A DNA stretch of 64,000 bases from Mytilus californianus. Lineage: Eukaryota. The stretch covers positions 104,594,001-104,658,000 of the forward strand of contig NW_026262701.1 in NCBI RefSeq assembly GCF_021869535.1, read 5' to 3'. Under the pieces are notes generated by a model that saw only the letters and a list, made by a program, of their open reading frames with translations, was not told where the DNA came from and searched no databases. Of this stretch, positions 1 to 14,400 are shown piece after piece. The stretch's first letter is position 1, and each line of letters begins with the position of its first letter. Position numbers and translations under genes: made by a program.

Positions 1-401
1 TACTACTTACATAATATAATGTCAAACATCGTCGGAATAATTCACAAAAGTTTGAAAAAAGCAGTTAATCTTACTTTCAATTAAAAAAAATGCAAGTGAG
101 TTCACAAACTTTCTGATTGTGAGACCTAATGAGGAGAACCACATTGGTATCTTGTCAAACTCAAGAGTAAAATGCCCAAAAAATTAATTGAAGTAATTTA
201 ATAACTTTCAATAACACTTCATTTTATAATGTATGAGAAAATATTTTTTCATATGGCAATCATAAGCATTTGACTAACAAGAAGCAGTGTCTTTGGAAAG
301 GTTTTTGTAAAAATAAATGCCACAAGTTTCACACAATTAGGTCCAAAATGGTCCAGCCCTTTCAAAGCACTTTTTCAAAAAAATGGATGACAGATGACTT
401 C

Positions 402-928
402 GGGCGTATGACATTTGCGCCGATTTTATAAATGTTCAATCTTTCATTTGCGCCAATTTGGTTGTTTCATTTGCGCCGATTTGGTTGTTTCATTTGCGCC
501 GATTCAATAGTTTCAAGTTCCATTTGCTCCTTTTTGTATTTTAGTGCTGTGCTTTTTCATGGCGTAAAGAGGTTTTATTGTCCTTTGATCATGTTGATAT
601 TTTAAAGGCTGTAAATAGATTTTTATATCATTTGATATTTTATTGCTATACTCAGTTATTTTAGTGGATATAAAGAGAGTGCTTTTAACCTTAAAATTGA
701 TTTTTTTTTGCTCGAAATCCTACTTCCACCTCCCCATTGTGGGCAGGGGGCAACAGTTATATGTTTTAATTGATGATTCATAACATATGCATAACTGGCT
801 AGCGGAAGAGGTATTTAATGATAAATAAAAATAGTTTTCACCTGTAATTTACCTGTAAAACAATCGGCGCAAATGAAAGAAATAATCAGCGCAAGTGAAA
901 GAAAAAATCGGCGCAAATGCAAAACGCC
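402..928. mobile_element. Mutator/foldback-like MITE with 9-bp TSD
   Basis: Direct repeat GATGACTTC at 393-401 and 929-937. Termini GGGCGT...ACGCC. The TIRs are built from tandem CATTTGCGCCGATT units (left) and AATCGGCGCAAATG units (right). Confidence 0.75.
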
Positions 929-2487
929 GATGACTTCAAATAATTGCAAAAATTGACATGGCCCTCTGGGCCTGTTAAGCAAGTAAGGTTTATACAATTT
1001 ATAAAGATTACAGAAATAATATTGGAAACAATATTTTTAAATATTACACAGCACTACTAGTTCCAGCACAAAGATGGCCATTCATTTCAAACATATAAAT
1101 AGGAGCACACATCATGGTGATGGATGAAGGAGGATGATGGAATAAAACAATATCTGCACATTTACTGACTAGTGTAAAGCACTTGATCTGTACTACCAGG
1201 AATGCCTTCATTATATACTGAGCCATTTTTATCCAAACCTACAAAAAGAAAAGTATTCACAAATAGTATTACATGTTTATGGTTATCTTGATGATAAATG
1301 GCTGTAAACTGTTCAGTGGCAAATAAAATACATATTTAGGACAAATGTATTATTTGGTATTATCTGTTTAATTTCTAACACATTGTCTATTTTGTTTTTA
1401 TTATCTGTTTAATTTCTAACACATTGTCTATTTTGTTTTCTTTTTTGTATTCAAAATATATTTTGTTCCCATACATATCAGCACATATGTAAAAGTATAA
1501 TACACTTTTGTAATCTTACAGCAGCATCAGTAAGCATACACTTGAAAAAAAATCAAAACTTTAAATAGGAAGGGGATATTGCAATAATATACAACAGGTA
1601 TAAGTTTGAACTAAATATGATGTTGGAATTTTTCTGTTTAATAGTTCCCAACTTGTCTGTACCTTGAGACATTTAGAACATGACACATGGTTTAGATATC
1701 GATCTAGAGTTCATATGGTGATTGTCTTTTGTGGAGTTCTGTTGTTGATGTGCTGTTACATTGACATATACCCTAAATCACCTGTTATTCAATTCAAACA
1801 GTTATTTAGACACACACCTTAATAAAAAAACTTAATGTGAATCCCTGAATTGTGAAGTTAAAGTAAAAGTTAGATGACCTTTTTAGATGACATGTACACT
1901 TTCCAAAATAGATTACCTAACAATGTTTCTATTGACAAAACAGCTGTGAAACTAACAGTATCACCAATGGAATATTCATATGAATCAAAATTGTCAAAAT
2001 AAGGTGATGATCTGACGAGAACCTGTCAAATAGCATATCCATCAATGCAAAAAAAATTTACCTATAAAAAAATGTAAGGTGAAAACAGTTGGACATTAAT
2101 GAAAATGATGTCAATCTCAGGTGACACATACCATGCAAACCTAAATTAGACCAAATATATTTTACCTTATAATTTGAGAAAACTGAATGCAAATATTGGA
2201 GATAATGTCAACCCTGAAAATTGGGTACACATTCAGTGTGCTTTCTACTGTATTTTCTGAAATGTGAGCTTTGTATAACTAGCTAACAATGATACTGCTG
2301 CTGCCTAAATAGGATACACATTTTTCACCTTCAGCAATATTTGTCATAATTCATTATGAATTTCTTCCAAGTGCTATTCAATTCATGCATCATACACTGA
2401 TGTTTCAACTTGAATGGTCAATTTCATACAAAGTTCCAATAGTCTACCTAAATGAAAACATTCTAAATAAACATACCCAATACTGTG

Positions 2488-5400
2488 TCAACGTCTTCCA
2501 TCTTGCATGTTAAAGAGATCACCAGCTGAAGGCAATGGTGCAAGACCACCAGTTAAACGAGGTAAAAGATCAAAATCTGGTAAATTTTTTATATGAGATT
2601 CCAATTCTACTCGCACTTCAGTAACTTTATCAAGTCGTTTCTTGTACTCCTAAAACATACAAAAATTATGCAATGAAACTAGTCAAAACTAAACCTAGTA
2701 TAAACTAGAAACTTGTCTCAACCAGTATCTTGTTTTAGAACCAAGTGAATATTATCTAGTAATTAAACCTGTGTAAACCTAACACTGGTCTAATCCAAGA
2801 AAAATCTTCTATCCTATAATGAGGTTTGGTTTAGGAAGTTTTAGCTGTATATTGCAAAACATATAAAATATAATGATTATGTGATCTAGTCTGATGTATG
2901 TAGTTGTAATGATATAAATAAATTCCTATCGCGACAGAGGTTGGAGGATATTTTTTATATTGATGTGTTTATTGGATTTTTACTACTGTGGATTCATTAT
3001 TATTTGTGAGAAACCAATGTTCATGGATTTTGTTATTAAAGGTGAACTGCAAATTTGAATGTTCAATGAAGTACAAATTTTTTATAAGCTAATGTGCAAA
3101 CTTTGTCAAAACCATGAAATTAAGTCTGCATGAAAATACAATTTTTCCTTAATCCATGAAAATTGGTATCCACGAAAATATGGGAATCCATATTATTCCA
3201 TTTCATTTCCTGTAAACTGATCAAATAGTGATCCTATTAAAAAGAGTATAACAGCTAAGGGAGATAACTCTTTATAAGCTATATGTATCATGTTTGAGTT
3301 TAAAAGGTACCTGATTTCCTTATTTCTTAATAGTCTACATTTGGTTGTTTTTCTAAACTTAAATTCATCTCAGATTATGAAAAAAGACAAAAATAGGTCG
3401 AAAGAATATCTGTAGGTCATGCAGAAGTAAATGACCAAGGGACTTTTTTTTTAAATCTTCAGTTCAGTATTTCCCACCTGTTCATTCAAGCTTAAGATTA
3501 ATCAATGAGTTAATAGTACACAAGTAAAAAAAATGGTTTTATTTCAAAATTTTGCTCCAGATGCTGTCTCTTGAATATAATGAAGCTTTTGTCTAATTTT
3601 TTCAAAATTCTGTGAACAATGGTGAATGAGTAACAAAACTATTGATGTCTACAAAAATTTTTAACTACAGACTAGACCTTAATGTTTAGGACGCCTATAC
3701 CGACAATGGAATCTATCTGTCTTGCAAAAATAAAGAAAACAAACAGTTTATATTTCTCTATACATTTGTTATATTAGTCAAAGTTAAGCTGAAGTAACTG
3801 TGGAAGGGAAATAAAAATATTTTTACAAAGCCACAAAAATTTAGTGTTTCTATAAGTAAAATTTTATAACATTTTAAAAACATTCATAACAAGTCCATGA
3901 CATTTACCTCTATTTTTTTCTCTGCAGACATTAATTGTTCTTTTTGGCAAGCTATGAAATCTTTTAACATTTTCCCGACCATTTTTCTTTCTTCTAACTC
4001 TGCATTCAATCGAAAGTTATATTCAGACAACAATATACAAGCATCTTCTACTTTTCTTGACAATTTCACACCAGATTCTTTGTCTGAAACACAAAACAAC
4101 AAACTTTGTTAGTCATGACATTTATATACAGAAATTTTATTCAAGGAAGAGCACATTTATATACAGTAATTTTATTCCAGGAAGAGCAACAATATAAACA
4201 ATCTACAAACCAAAGCATGAAATGACCACAGCGTGTAAACAACAGAAAAGTGAACAATTAGATTGAGTGTGGACACACTATCCTACTTGTAACAGTCTCC
4301 TGTAATCTCTCAGCATACCCTTTTAGAACATTGATTTGCTGATTAATTGGTTGATTAGCAGGAAATGAGTTTGATACATCTGCCACAATTAATTTGGACC
4401 CTAAAGAGGCTTTTATTGACAGTCACAGCCTAAGTTTAATACATAGCACTGTTGAATATGTTGTCTTTCATCCAAAGGTATGATGAGTATTTTAAACAGC
4501 AAAAAATGTTTTTCATATTAAATTCAGAGTGAGTTATTCCCCTTATTTTTGCCATTTTTTAAAATCCTAGTGCTGAAAACTATGATTATTTATCAAAATA
4601 TTTATAACTTTAAAAAATTGATTACAAAATATTAAAATGGATTGCATTTTAATAAAAATAAAATTCTGTATACATACAGAAATAATTCTTTGTAAATGAG
4701 AGATAATATCTTCAATACTTCTAATGATTTCAAACCATAGAAATATAGAAAAGATTGTTCATAACAATTCCTTGAATAAAATTTGATTGATACTGATGGG
4801 CAGGGTGGGACCTTCCACAGGTATCATCAGTATCAATCATACTTGAGTTTTTAGAATTATTGAGTTGATACTAATCAACCCATTAAAGTCAAATTGTAAT
4901 ACTGTATTACAACACAATATTAAATTAGTATTCAAATAATACTATTATAGTATTCAAATAATACTAATATAGTAATCAAATAATACTGTTAAGCCTTGAA
5001 AATAATAAGTAAAATATTTTCTTTTTTCAATGACTAGCACAACCAGTCAGATCATAAAACTTATAACAAATTATTAGCCCAATCTTTAATAAGGAAATAT
5101 GAAGATCAAAACACTCAAGTATCACTAAATATGTGAAATATCATGCCACAAGAGACATTTATGACAGAAATCATCAAACACAATCACTCACTCCATCCTA
5201 AATCAAATTGGGGACACAATTAGAACAAACAACTGCATGTGTATATCAAATCCTGCTGAAGGGAGAACAAAAAACGTTTGCCAGTGCAAATTTTCACATC
5301 TTACATTGTTGGACTAAATTTGAGACGAATAATATATATATTATGGTATTAGCCCTGTATAACCACTGGTTATCCGATGGAGAATGTCTCTCATAAAGTT

Positions 5401-8400
5401 GTCACATAATGCGACGTATATAATAATATTATAATTTGATGTGGAGGCATGGTAAGTAACAATAACATCCTTTACGGCTGACAAAACATAGCTGATCTGA
5501 AAGGTACACCTTCTACTTGCCAATATACATCATGTACTGTGTTACAATTCTGGATAAAGACGACAAGAAAAGGCATTACTTGTCTAATAAAAGATGTATT
5601 TTTATAACCTTGTTGGTAGAGTGGTCTAGGGCACTGAACACCGTGCAGCTGGTGTTGCCACGATGTGACAGAAGCAAGGGTTCAAATCCCACTGAGGTGA
5701 GAACAAAAAATTTGCTAGTACAAATTTGTAGATCTAAAAGTAGTTAATGCCAGAGTAACTAATAAATTGTCAGGGTAAAATAAGATCTAATATCGGTTGA
5801 ATAATCCTTCATTTAGACGCAAAGATGCTAGTAAACAATCTCTTTAAAACTATACAAGATTATAGTAGTCAGCACATGTCGGATGGACAGCTGCCAACTC
5901 AGTTGCACGTTTGACAGAAGTATAAGGGAAACAACTTGACTCTTAACTTTTACATTTATCTATTTTATTGACTATTTCATTTTTTTAGTAATAATTCATA
6001 GTCAATCATACCACATCTTCTTATTTTCATAGAACATTAGAGAAAGAAACATAAACAGTAGCATTTAATCACATAACAACACAGAAATCAGACATTTCTG
6101 TATTATATGAACACAGAAACTATATACATTTTTTAAAATCTCTGATTCAAATGAAATACTCCACAGGGCACAGCTTGCTACAACTGCAGAGGTCAAACCC
6201 TGAACAGTTGGGGCAAGTATGGACAAAACTTTCAAGCTTGATGACTTTTCAATATAGGTTTCTGACACAGAATGAATGTGGTCTAAGAACTTAAAATTTT
6301 TAAATTGGACATTTAACTATTATTGTCCAATATCCAAAATCTAAATACATGGTTACATTCAGCATATCAAAGAACCCCAAGGTTTCAATTTTTGTTAAAA
6401 TCAAACAAAGTTTAATTTTGGACCCTTTAGACCTTAATGTGGACAAATTTGAAAACCATGCCTAAAATCAAAAATCTAAATACTGTGAAAGTACTTTTAT
6501 TCGTGGGTATCAATTTCGTGGTTTTAGCTAAAGTTATATATTCGTGGGTTCATAAATTCATGGATTTTAGTTTTCTGAAAATACAAAGATTCTTGAAAAT
6601 AATAATATGCAAGCTGTTTTATAATAATCTGATGGACATTGCAAAATAAGGTGTTTATTTTCACGTCCGTGTTCGTCTGTCATTACTGACAACATTCATC
6701 ATTTTTTTTAGAAAATAATTCCTTTCGGAAATAAGCTAATTTTTCTATGCTTACAAATTGTCTCGATTGAAGGAAATTGCAAAGTAAACATTTTAATTGT
6801 TGCACATGTGTAATAAGAAGTGATGACACTAATAAACTGAGATTGAATGATCAACAGATTAACAATCATCAAAGGTGTTAATTGGACAACAATCATGTCA
6901 CTTAAAGATAACCGTTACATATAACAAATGCTACAAATGTATTTGATTGTAGAATTAATTCTTATGGAATAAAAAAAGCAAGCCCAATATAAAAGTATTA
7001 TTTATTTATTTTATGAGAATTATGAGGAGACAAAATGAACACTTTATCATCACATATCATCACCGGTAGTCTTGCTATCATTGATAAAAAATAATTTTTC
7101 ATGAGAATTAAAAGGTTGAAAGTCATTGTTTTTTTTTTTTAAAGATTAAATGGGTAAAACCTGTCTGAAGTTGTGTATATAGCTCAATGTACATTTGCTG
7201 ATATATATGTATTCTCTGGAATATAAATCAAATCAAATAATTCATTGGTGTAAATTCCAATACAGGAATGATGTCAGCTGACACATAATAAGTGTCGTTC
7301 ATATATTTGCCTGTATCCATGCAGTTGAACCTACATCGGGATCTTTCCATGTCTTGATTTTGACAACAGTAGTTACATTTCGTTGGACACTTAAATTCTT
7401 GGAAAGAAAACCATGAAAATTGGAACCCAACGAAAAATTTCTTGTTTTAGGCCCCTACTTATACTGGTACTCAAGTTATTGTATTGTAACCAAATGTCTT
7501 CAGATGAAGATGACAACGATGACACCAATGTCATACCATTATACAGCCGCAACAATTTTGATGTCGTATAAAAAAGTCTTCACATATATAAATGAATTTT
7601 TACCATGAATTTTGGCAAGGTGGTTAACATCAGACACTTCTGGTGGTAGAGCAGCAATCTTCTCTCTGACAGCAGCATCACTAGATGCTGAATGTTCAAG
7701 GTCTGATAAACGTTTTACTAATTCTTCTGCCTGTACATACAAAACAATGAAAACTTTTTAAAAAATTTGGCATAGCAAATACATACAACATAAACGTGCA
7801 CTTTGATTTGTCAATTAATCCTTTCAAATCTACCGGTATTCACAGCGATTATCACACGAGAAGTACAACAGTCACTGATTCAGAGTTGGGTTTTTTTTTT
7901 TGTTTCTTTGTGTTATTTTTCAGACCCTCAATGCTATTATTTTACAATTACAAATATATGTATTCTATGCTTTATTTTCATACTCTTTCACAATTGGCTT
8001 TCTTGGGTTACAACAATTATCTTTTTCTTAAAGATATGTTTAAAAACGTATTACAGTTATAGATTTACAAATAATACATTTGAAACAACACATGATTTTT
8101 CTGGTCATTGCATTTCCAATTTTATCAAGACTTATTCAATAAATGTTAGTCATTGAATTTAAAGCTAAGGCCATTTTACTTCAGATTTTAATACCTGAGT
8201 GTCACATGAGTATTTCCATATTTACATTAAGGTCTCAAATATGAATATGAATATGAAATTGGATTCAATATAATATCTTTTTACAGAAACTTTAGAAGCA
8301 TCAAGTTCAAATCAGTCAAAATTACTGACTGCAAATCATAATGCATTCTTATTCTAGAAGGTGGAGCATAACAAACTGGATATAGAATAAAAAATAGATC

Positions 8401-11400
8401 AAAGCCAAAAAGTTAAACAAAAGTGTTTCAATGTCCCCCTCCTATACACATATTGAATATGTCAAGGACAAAAACTCAAAATATTTGTTGTTTTTTTTAA
8501 AAACCTGACATGAAATGTAAACCTGAAAGGACTTACAATTCAATTTTCCATATAAATAACATGACAAAGAAACATAGTAACTGTAAACATATGTAAATGT
8601 GCACTGATTTTCCAACTCGTATAAGACATTACTAATTTAAATCTTTGATATTAATTTCATAAAAATCAAACAAGTAGACCTGAGAAGTTGAGATGGTGGT
8701 TTTTACATTTCTTTATTCAATTATTAAGAGAGAACACCAAAACATTTTAAAAGAATTGTATATTCATGCAAATATTACAAGAGAAGGCATATGAGAGGGA
8801 GGTACCAAACATGTACAGTAAGATCTTACATCTGGTGGGCCACTTGTATCATCTTTTGACATAAGCTCTATTTCTTCCCTCAGTGACAACATTTCTTCTT
8901 TCTTCTTTTTCTTATTAGGAGGTGCTGCATCAACTGGCTGATGATCTAATAAAACAAAATTGGAGTTCCCTTGTAAAGGCTAAATTCCTTATGACATTCT
9001 CAAAATACAGCAGTATACAAGATAACTAACTTACATTAGGCCAAACTAACAAAATTGTGTTTATGGCTTCCTGCTTTAAGAAAATGGGGTAGGAAGTTGG
9101 AAGTTATTTAATTTTGCTCAATTTTTTACCTTGAGTATATTAGGACCACATGCAAATTTGTCACAATTCACTTCCAAAAGTGGACTGTTGGTTTACAGAT
9201 GCTAACATGTGCTTTCAATTTCAGAATTATGTCTGTTTTCTAAAAAAAAATCTAAAGTACAGCTTTATTATTATCATACAGATCTACCCTTGCAATAAAA
9301 TTAACGACAGCCCAGCATGTTCTTAGATTACCTAATTGCATAAATACTGCGGATTCATTTATTTTGGTGGGCACCAATTTTCTGGATATTATTGGAAATT
9401 ATCATTCTGTTGAACCCTTGAATTCATGGCTCACCCCATACAAACAATATCCATGAAAATAAGCCTCCAACTAATCTTTGATGAAAGCACAGTCAGTGAA
9501 AAGGGTATGATTGTACACAATAAAAAGTTTATGATATCACAAAAACCCTGTGAATTTTCCATAGAATGTTAGAATCATTTCATATTGAATGATGTTAAGT
9601 AAGTTACTTCCCCTGGTTAATTTTTTGAAGTGCATCGTATTGACCAGATTTGTACCGATTTTGTTACTTGAGGAATATTTTCTTTATTGCTTTATCTTGA
9701 TGTCAGTGCCCTAGACACAGAAATGTGTCTATTTAAAGCAGTGATCCCTTGAGTGTTGTGGTTATAAGTGTCTCTACATTTTTCTACATATGCAAACTAA
9801 TAAAACTAAGTTTGTTTATTAGCAATCTAACAATAAATGTCCATGATCTGGGGAGTTTTGAGTTTTTGAGATGAATTACAAAGCATGAATCCAACAAAAT
9901 CTCCAACTAAGTGACCTCTGATAGTACTAACCTTTGACCTTATTTACAGGTACATATGCCCCTACTTTTTTCGGTACTAACCTTTAACCTTATTGACAGT
10001 TACATATTCCTCTACTTTTTTCGGTACTAACCTTTAACCTTATTTACAGGTACATATTCCTCTACTTTTTTCTTATCTCTTCCTCTCTTCAAGTTTATTT
10101 CAGCTGCTATATCTGATATAGCTGTAAAAATAAAATATTTGTTCTAGAAATCTTCTGAAAATATAAAACTGACCATACAACATATAACATTTAAAATGGA
10201 TGATTTTGATGTTATTAAAGATGAAAATGACTTATAAGTTATATCAGGTTCCCTCCCCCTTGACCCTCTCAACACACTACACAAATTTCACCTTTTTTAT
10301 AGGTAGGTATATATTCTTCAATCTTTTTCTTCCTTCTCTCTGTAATGTCTTGAAGGGCTACAATAGAAAGACACACCACAACATACATCAATTGCAAGCA
10401 AGCATGTAAGTGCAAACACCACACAGTAACTGTATTTCTCAATTTGAGTAGCCAAATGAGGATTTTTTTCAGGCTTGAAATCTTACAACAATTTATTTTC
10501 TTTTATTCTTTACTTTCTATCCAGCAGTGGCAATAAAAAATAAAAGAACATGCAATGCTTTTATAAAATTAAATAATTATTAATTTTTTATTACATCTTA
10601 TCTTTAATAATATTTTCAAAACCAATATTTTAAAGGAATTTAGAGATTTTTTTTATGTTTTATTAGATTGCAAATTTGAGAAATACAGTTCAATCACCAG
10701 AAATCTTATGTGCCAAGGCATCCAAATACCATTTCTACTTATAACTTACCGTAAAGAGCACTCAACAGTATATTAATTCTCTTGCTCATGTTGCTAATGA
10801 TCAATTTAATTATAGAAAGATTAAAAAAAAAATTGTCAGCTCTTGAAATATAATTTTTGAAATGACACATCTTGATTAAGGCGACTTTAACTTAGTTCAA
10901 TTTTGAAATTGCAAAAGGCTATCATTTTCTTAAATGGCTACTGTAACAATTGCAAGGTATTTTGTTTACCATAGAATGCTCTTTATATTCAAAACACTGA
11001 AACAATAATGTTGCTGCTTCAAACACATACAATATGGAAGATGGTACATACAGAGTTCCAGACAAGAAAAGAGTGAAATCGATAGGGTACTCACCACTTT
11101 TGTGAATAATTTGGTTTCCTGAAAATTAAATATGTAATTAAGCTTATACACCCATGAGAGTATTATATATTTTTCTTTGTATACATGACCATAACGTTTT
11201 TCTACAAACAATATTTTTTTAGAAAACAACTGAAAAACTAAAAATTGTCTCCTAGATGTACCACTGGTTTTTGTCCCTAATAGTCCTTTTATAATGCCCT
11301 GTTAGTTGTAAAAGGCACTGTTTCGATTTAAGTAAAAACTTGGCATTTTAACAATAATTTACTTAGTTGGTTAAACAAATATTTCCTCTGTTTACTTGGT

Positions 11401-14400
11401 CAATAAATGATATCAGTAATATGAGTTTTCGTAATGGCCCTGTTATATGTCCCGAGAAGGTTTCTTATTTAACAATTACAAAAATGAAAATATAAGAACT
11501 TACAGCATTTTAATCAAAGTTTATAAATGATGCTTTCAAATAAAAAACAGAACTAAATTTATCATTCCAAAATTTGTTTTTTATTCTGAAAAAAAACAAC
11601 CCATAAAAGTAGCTTTGAAGTTTCAGCTGAATAAATTAGTGCAAACATTTTGCAATGTAACATGAAATTACAAAAGTACTTAAATTATCTCCCTTTTATA
11701 GTCAAAATAAAATATGTGTAAAAATATGATTGATTGATTACTGTTGGATTAACGTCTGTAAAAATATGAGATGAGATAAAATGATAAACATTTTTAAAAC
11801 AATGTTATATAAAAGTTTCATATGAACTGCATCTACTATTGTGAGGACAGTACTAGTTGAACCTGGCTATCTAGGAATTAAACTCATGTGCATGAATGCT
11901 AATATAATGATTCTTTTAATATATTTCATTTAACATCCTATCACTTCAGCAGCCACCATAGGATCTGTGTTCCTGATTGCCGTCTAAAACAATTGTTTCT
12001 GCTATCATGAACATCAGATTTTTTTTGCTGTTCTAATTGCCATTGCAATACAATGGATTTCGCCATCAAGTATATAAAGCAAATTTTGATCTATATTACC
12101 TATATTGCTTCTGCAGTACCAATACCTGATAATAAGATTTGCATATCAAACCAAACAAATTTAGCCTATTTTCTTCGACTGGTGAGAATAATCAAAATCT
12201 TATCATGAACTAATTTTTAAACTATGAGGAGTAGAAATTTATTGCTAATGAGATGCAGCATGATTCAAGTGACTATTTCTTAAATATACACTGGTTCTGT
12301 CAGAAAAAACTTCAGGTTTCGACATCTAATATCATTTTATATGCCTCTTGACAAAATAAAATTATATGACGGTGCAGCTTTGAGTTAATTTCATACTGCA
12401 CGCAAGGAAGTAAAGTTTAACTCGCTTCAAAATTTAAGTATTTCTAAATTTATAGGATTAAAAAAAGAACATTTAAGATATATGTCTATTATGAAAATTA
12501 AATTTTTTTTTTAAAACAACCATAAAATTGAATTATCAGCATACGCATGATTGCTTGAACAATTGCAGGTATAAAAATGCAAAATTAAACTCAATAATGT
12601 AGGATAATAACTTCTTTTATGAATGCAATTTGTTTATATAAATTAAATAGGTACAATAAAAAGAAAAAAACTCTCTCTATGAAAAATTAATGCAGTCCAT
12701 CAAGACTACCAAAAACATTGTTTGGGGATGTGAGGAATATTTCAATAAGACAGCAAACCAAAGACATCTAGATGCCAACAAAGTCATTAAAAAGGTCAAT
12801 CAAAACCACTAAAATAAAACCTTCCTTCCTTTTGTGCCAAATAATAGTATTAAAATTTCATATAGAAATTAAAAAAAAACATTGTGTATATAGAGGAACA
12901 GCAACAACGTGGATGCCAAAAGCCAACAACACAATTGCAACCATACAGTATTAGAACCACAAAATTTGTTCATATCAAAAGAAATCAACTGTCAGGGTTC
13001 TCACTAAGGACTTTTGAAAGCCAGTTCAGGGACTCGTCATTTTTTGCCAAGACAATTCAAACAAAGAGAAGATGATATTTTTTTGCTATACAATTTATTA
13101 TTTCAGTCTCCATGACAAAAAACAACATAGAAATGACATCAACTTTACTTTATTTTAAAACTTTTTATATAGAACGATGCTCTATGTGCTCAGTTGTTAC
13201 AACACTTTACAATCTTGATGCATCTTTGGACTGACCAGTTTTTAAAATGACAAGTCCAGACAAATTTGTAATGACCCTGAACTGTATGAAAAAAGGAATG
13301 TATCTGATGGGATTTGTACTGCCTTATCAAAACCCTTTTATTAATCTTCACATCTCATTACCTGCCTGGGAAGTTAACAGTACAAAATTTATAAACTTCG
13401 ATAGAAGCATATGTCATGTATGTAGTGACTAGGTCAGGAGGACATGCATGTAACTTCCGTAGGAGACTGTTAAGATCCAATAAATTCATGCATACACCAA
13501 GTTTTATGGCTATAGGTCACTTGGTATCTGAATGTACAATGTGCAAATGATGCTTAATGAAAATATTTACTGCAATTTGTGAGACTCAAGTCATAATAAA
13601 CTTCCACATATTCAAAGACATATATGCCTAAATTCACTAACTGACATTTTGACTGAAATTATATCTCTTCTTTCTGTAAGATAATTCTATACCTGTGTTT
13701 GTTGCATATAAGTAGGACCCATTTGTTTTCACTCACCTGTGCCACTTTTGATTTTATCAATTGTATTTTTACTATAGACACCTCGTTCCTGCCATATATT
13801 CAATATTCTATCCACTGATTTCTTGGTCTTTTCTTCAGCATCTCTACAATTTAAAAACAAATCATTTCCTCAAACCCCTAATTTTTTTCAGAACTAATCC
13901 ATAAATATTTACAACATAATTATTTCAAATAATAAAATGTGTGTTCTTTCTACACATGCACACTTAAATTACATGTATATAATCAAAGTGTACTCTCAAG
14001 TATTGAACTGTAAAAACATCTTCTAAAATACAACTAGAAGGTACTTTAAATATGTTAGAAGACACATATTATTTCATATACATTATTCTGATTATTTTTT
14101 TTTTTAATATCTATTTTCTGTGCAACTGGTATTCATGTATAACCCAATTTTCTATGAATGGTATTCCTGTGCTATATCAATTTTCTGTTAATGTTATTCA
14201 GGTGTAATATCAATTTCCTGTCAATGTCATTCATGTGTTATATCAATTTTCTGTTAATGGTATTCATGTTTAATATCAATTTTATGTTAGTTATTCATGT
14301 GTAATACATGTATCAAATTTTCTGTTAATAACAAGGAATTATTTGAATCTGGAATAATTTTGAATTCTGGAAAATTGATGAGAAATATATGATGAAAACT

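Noticed and set aside
1358-1439. 41-bp direct duplication (a similar 35-bp duplication lies at about 4119-4188)
   Set aside because: Ordinary slippage duplications in non-coding DNA.
4784-4839. 15-bp inverted repeat with 26-nt loop
   Set aside because: An isolated short hairpin with no supporting features, probably a MITE remnant.
5612-5700. Possible tRNA gene
   Set aside because: A and B boxes are present, but there is no acceptor or anticodon stem, and a SINE-type tail follows.
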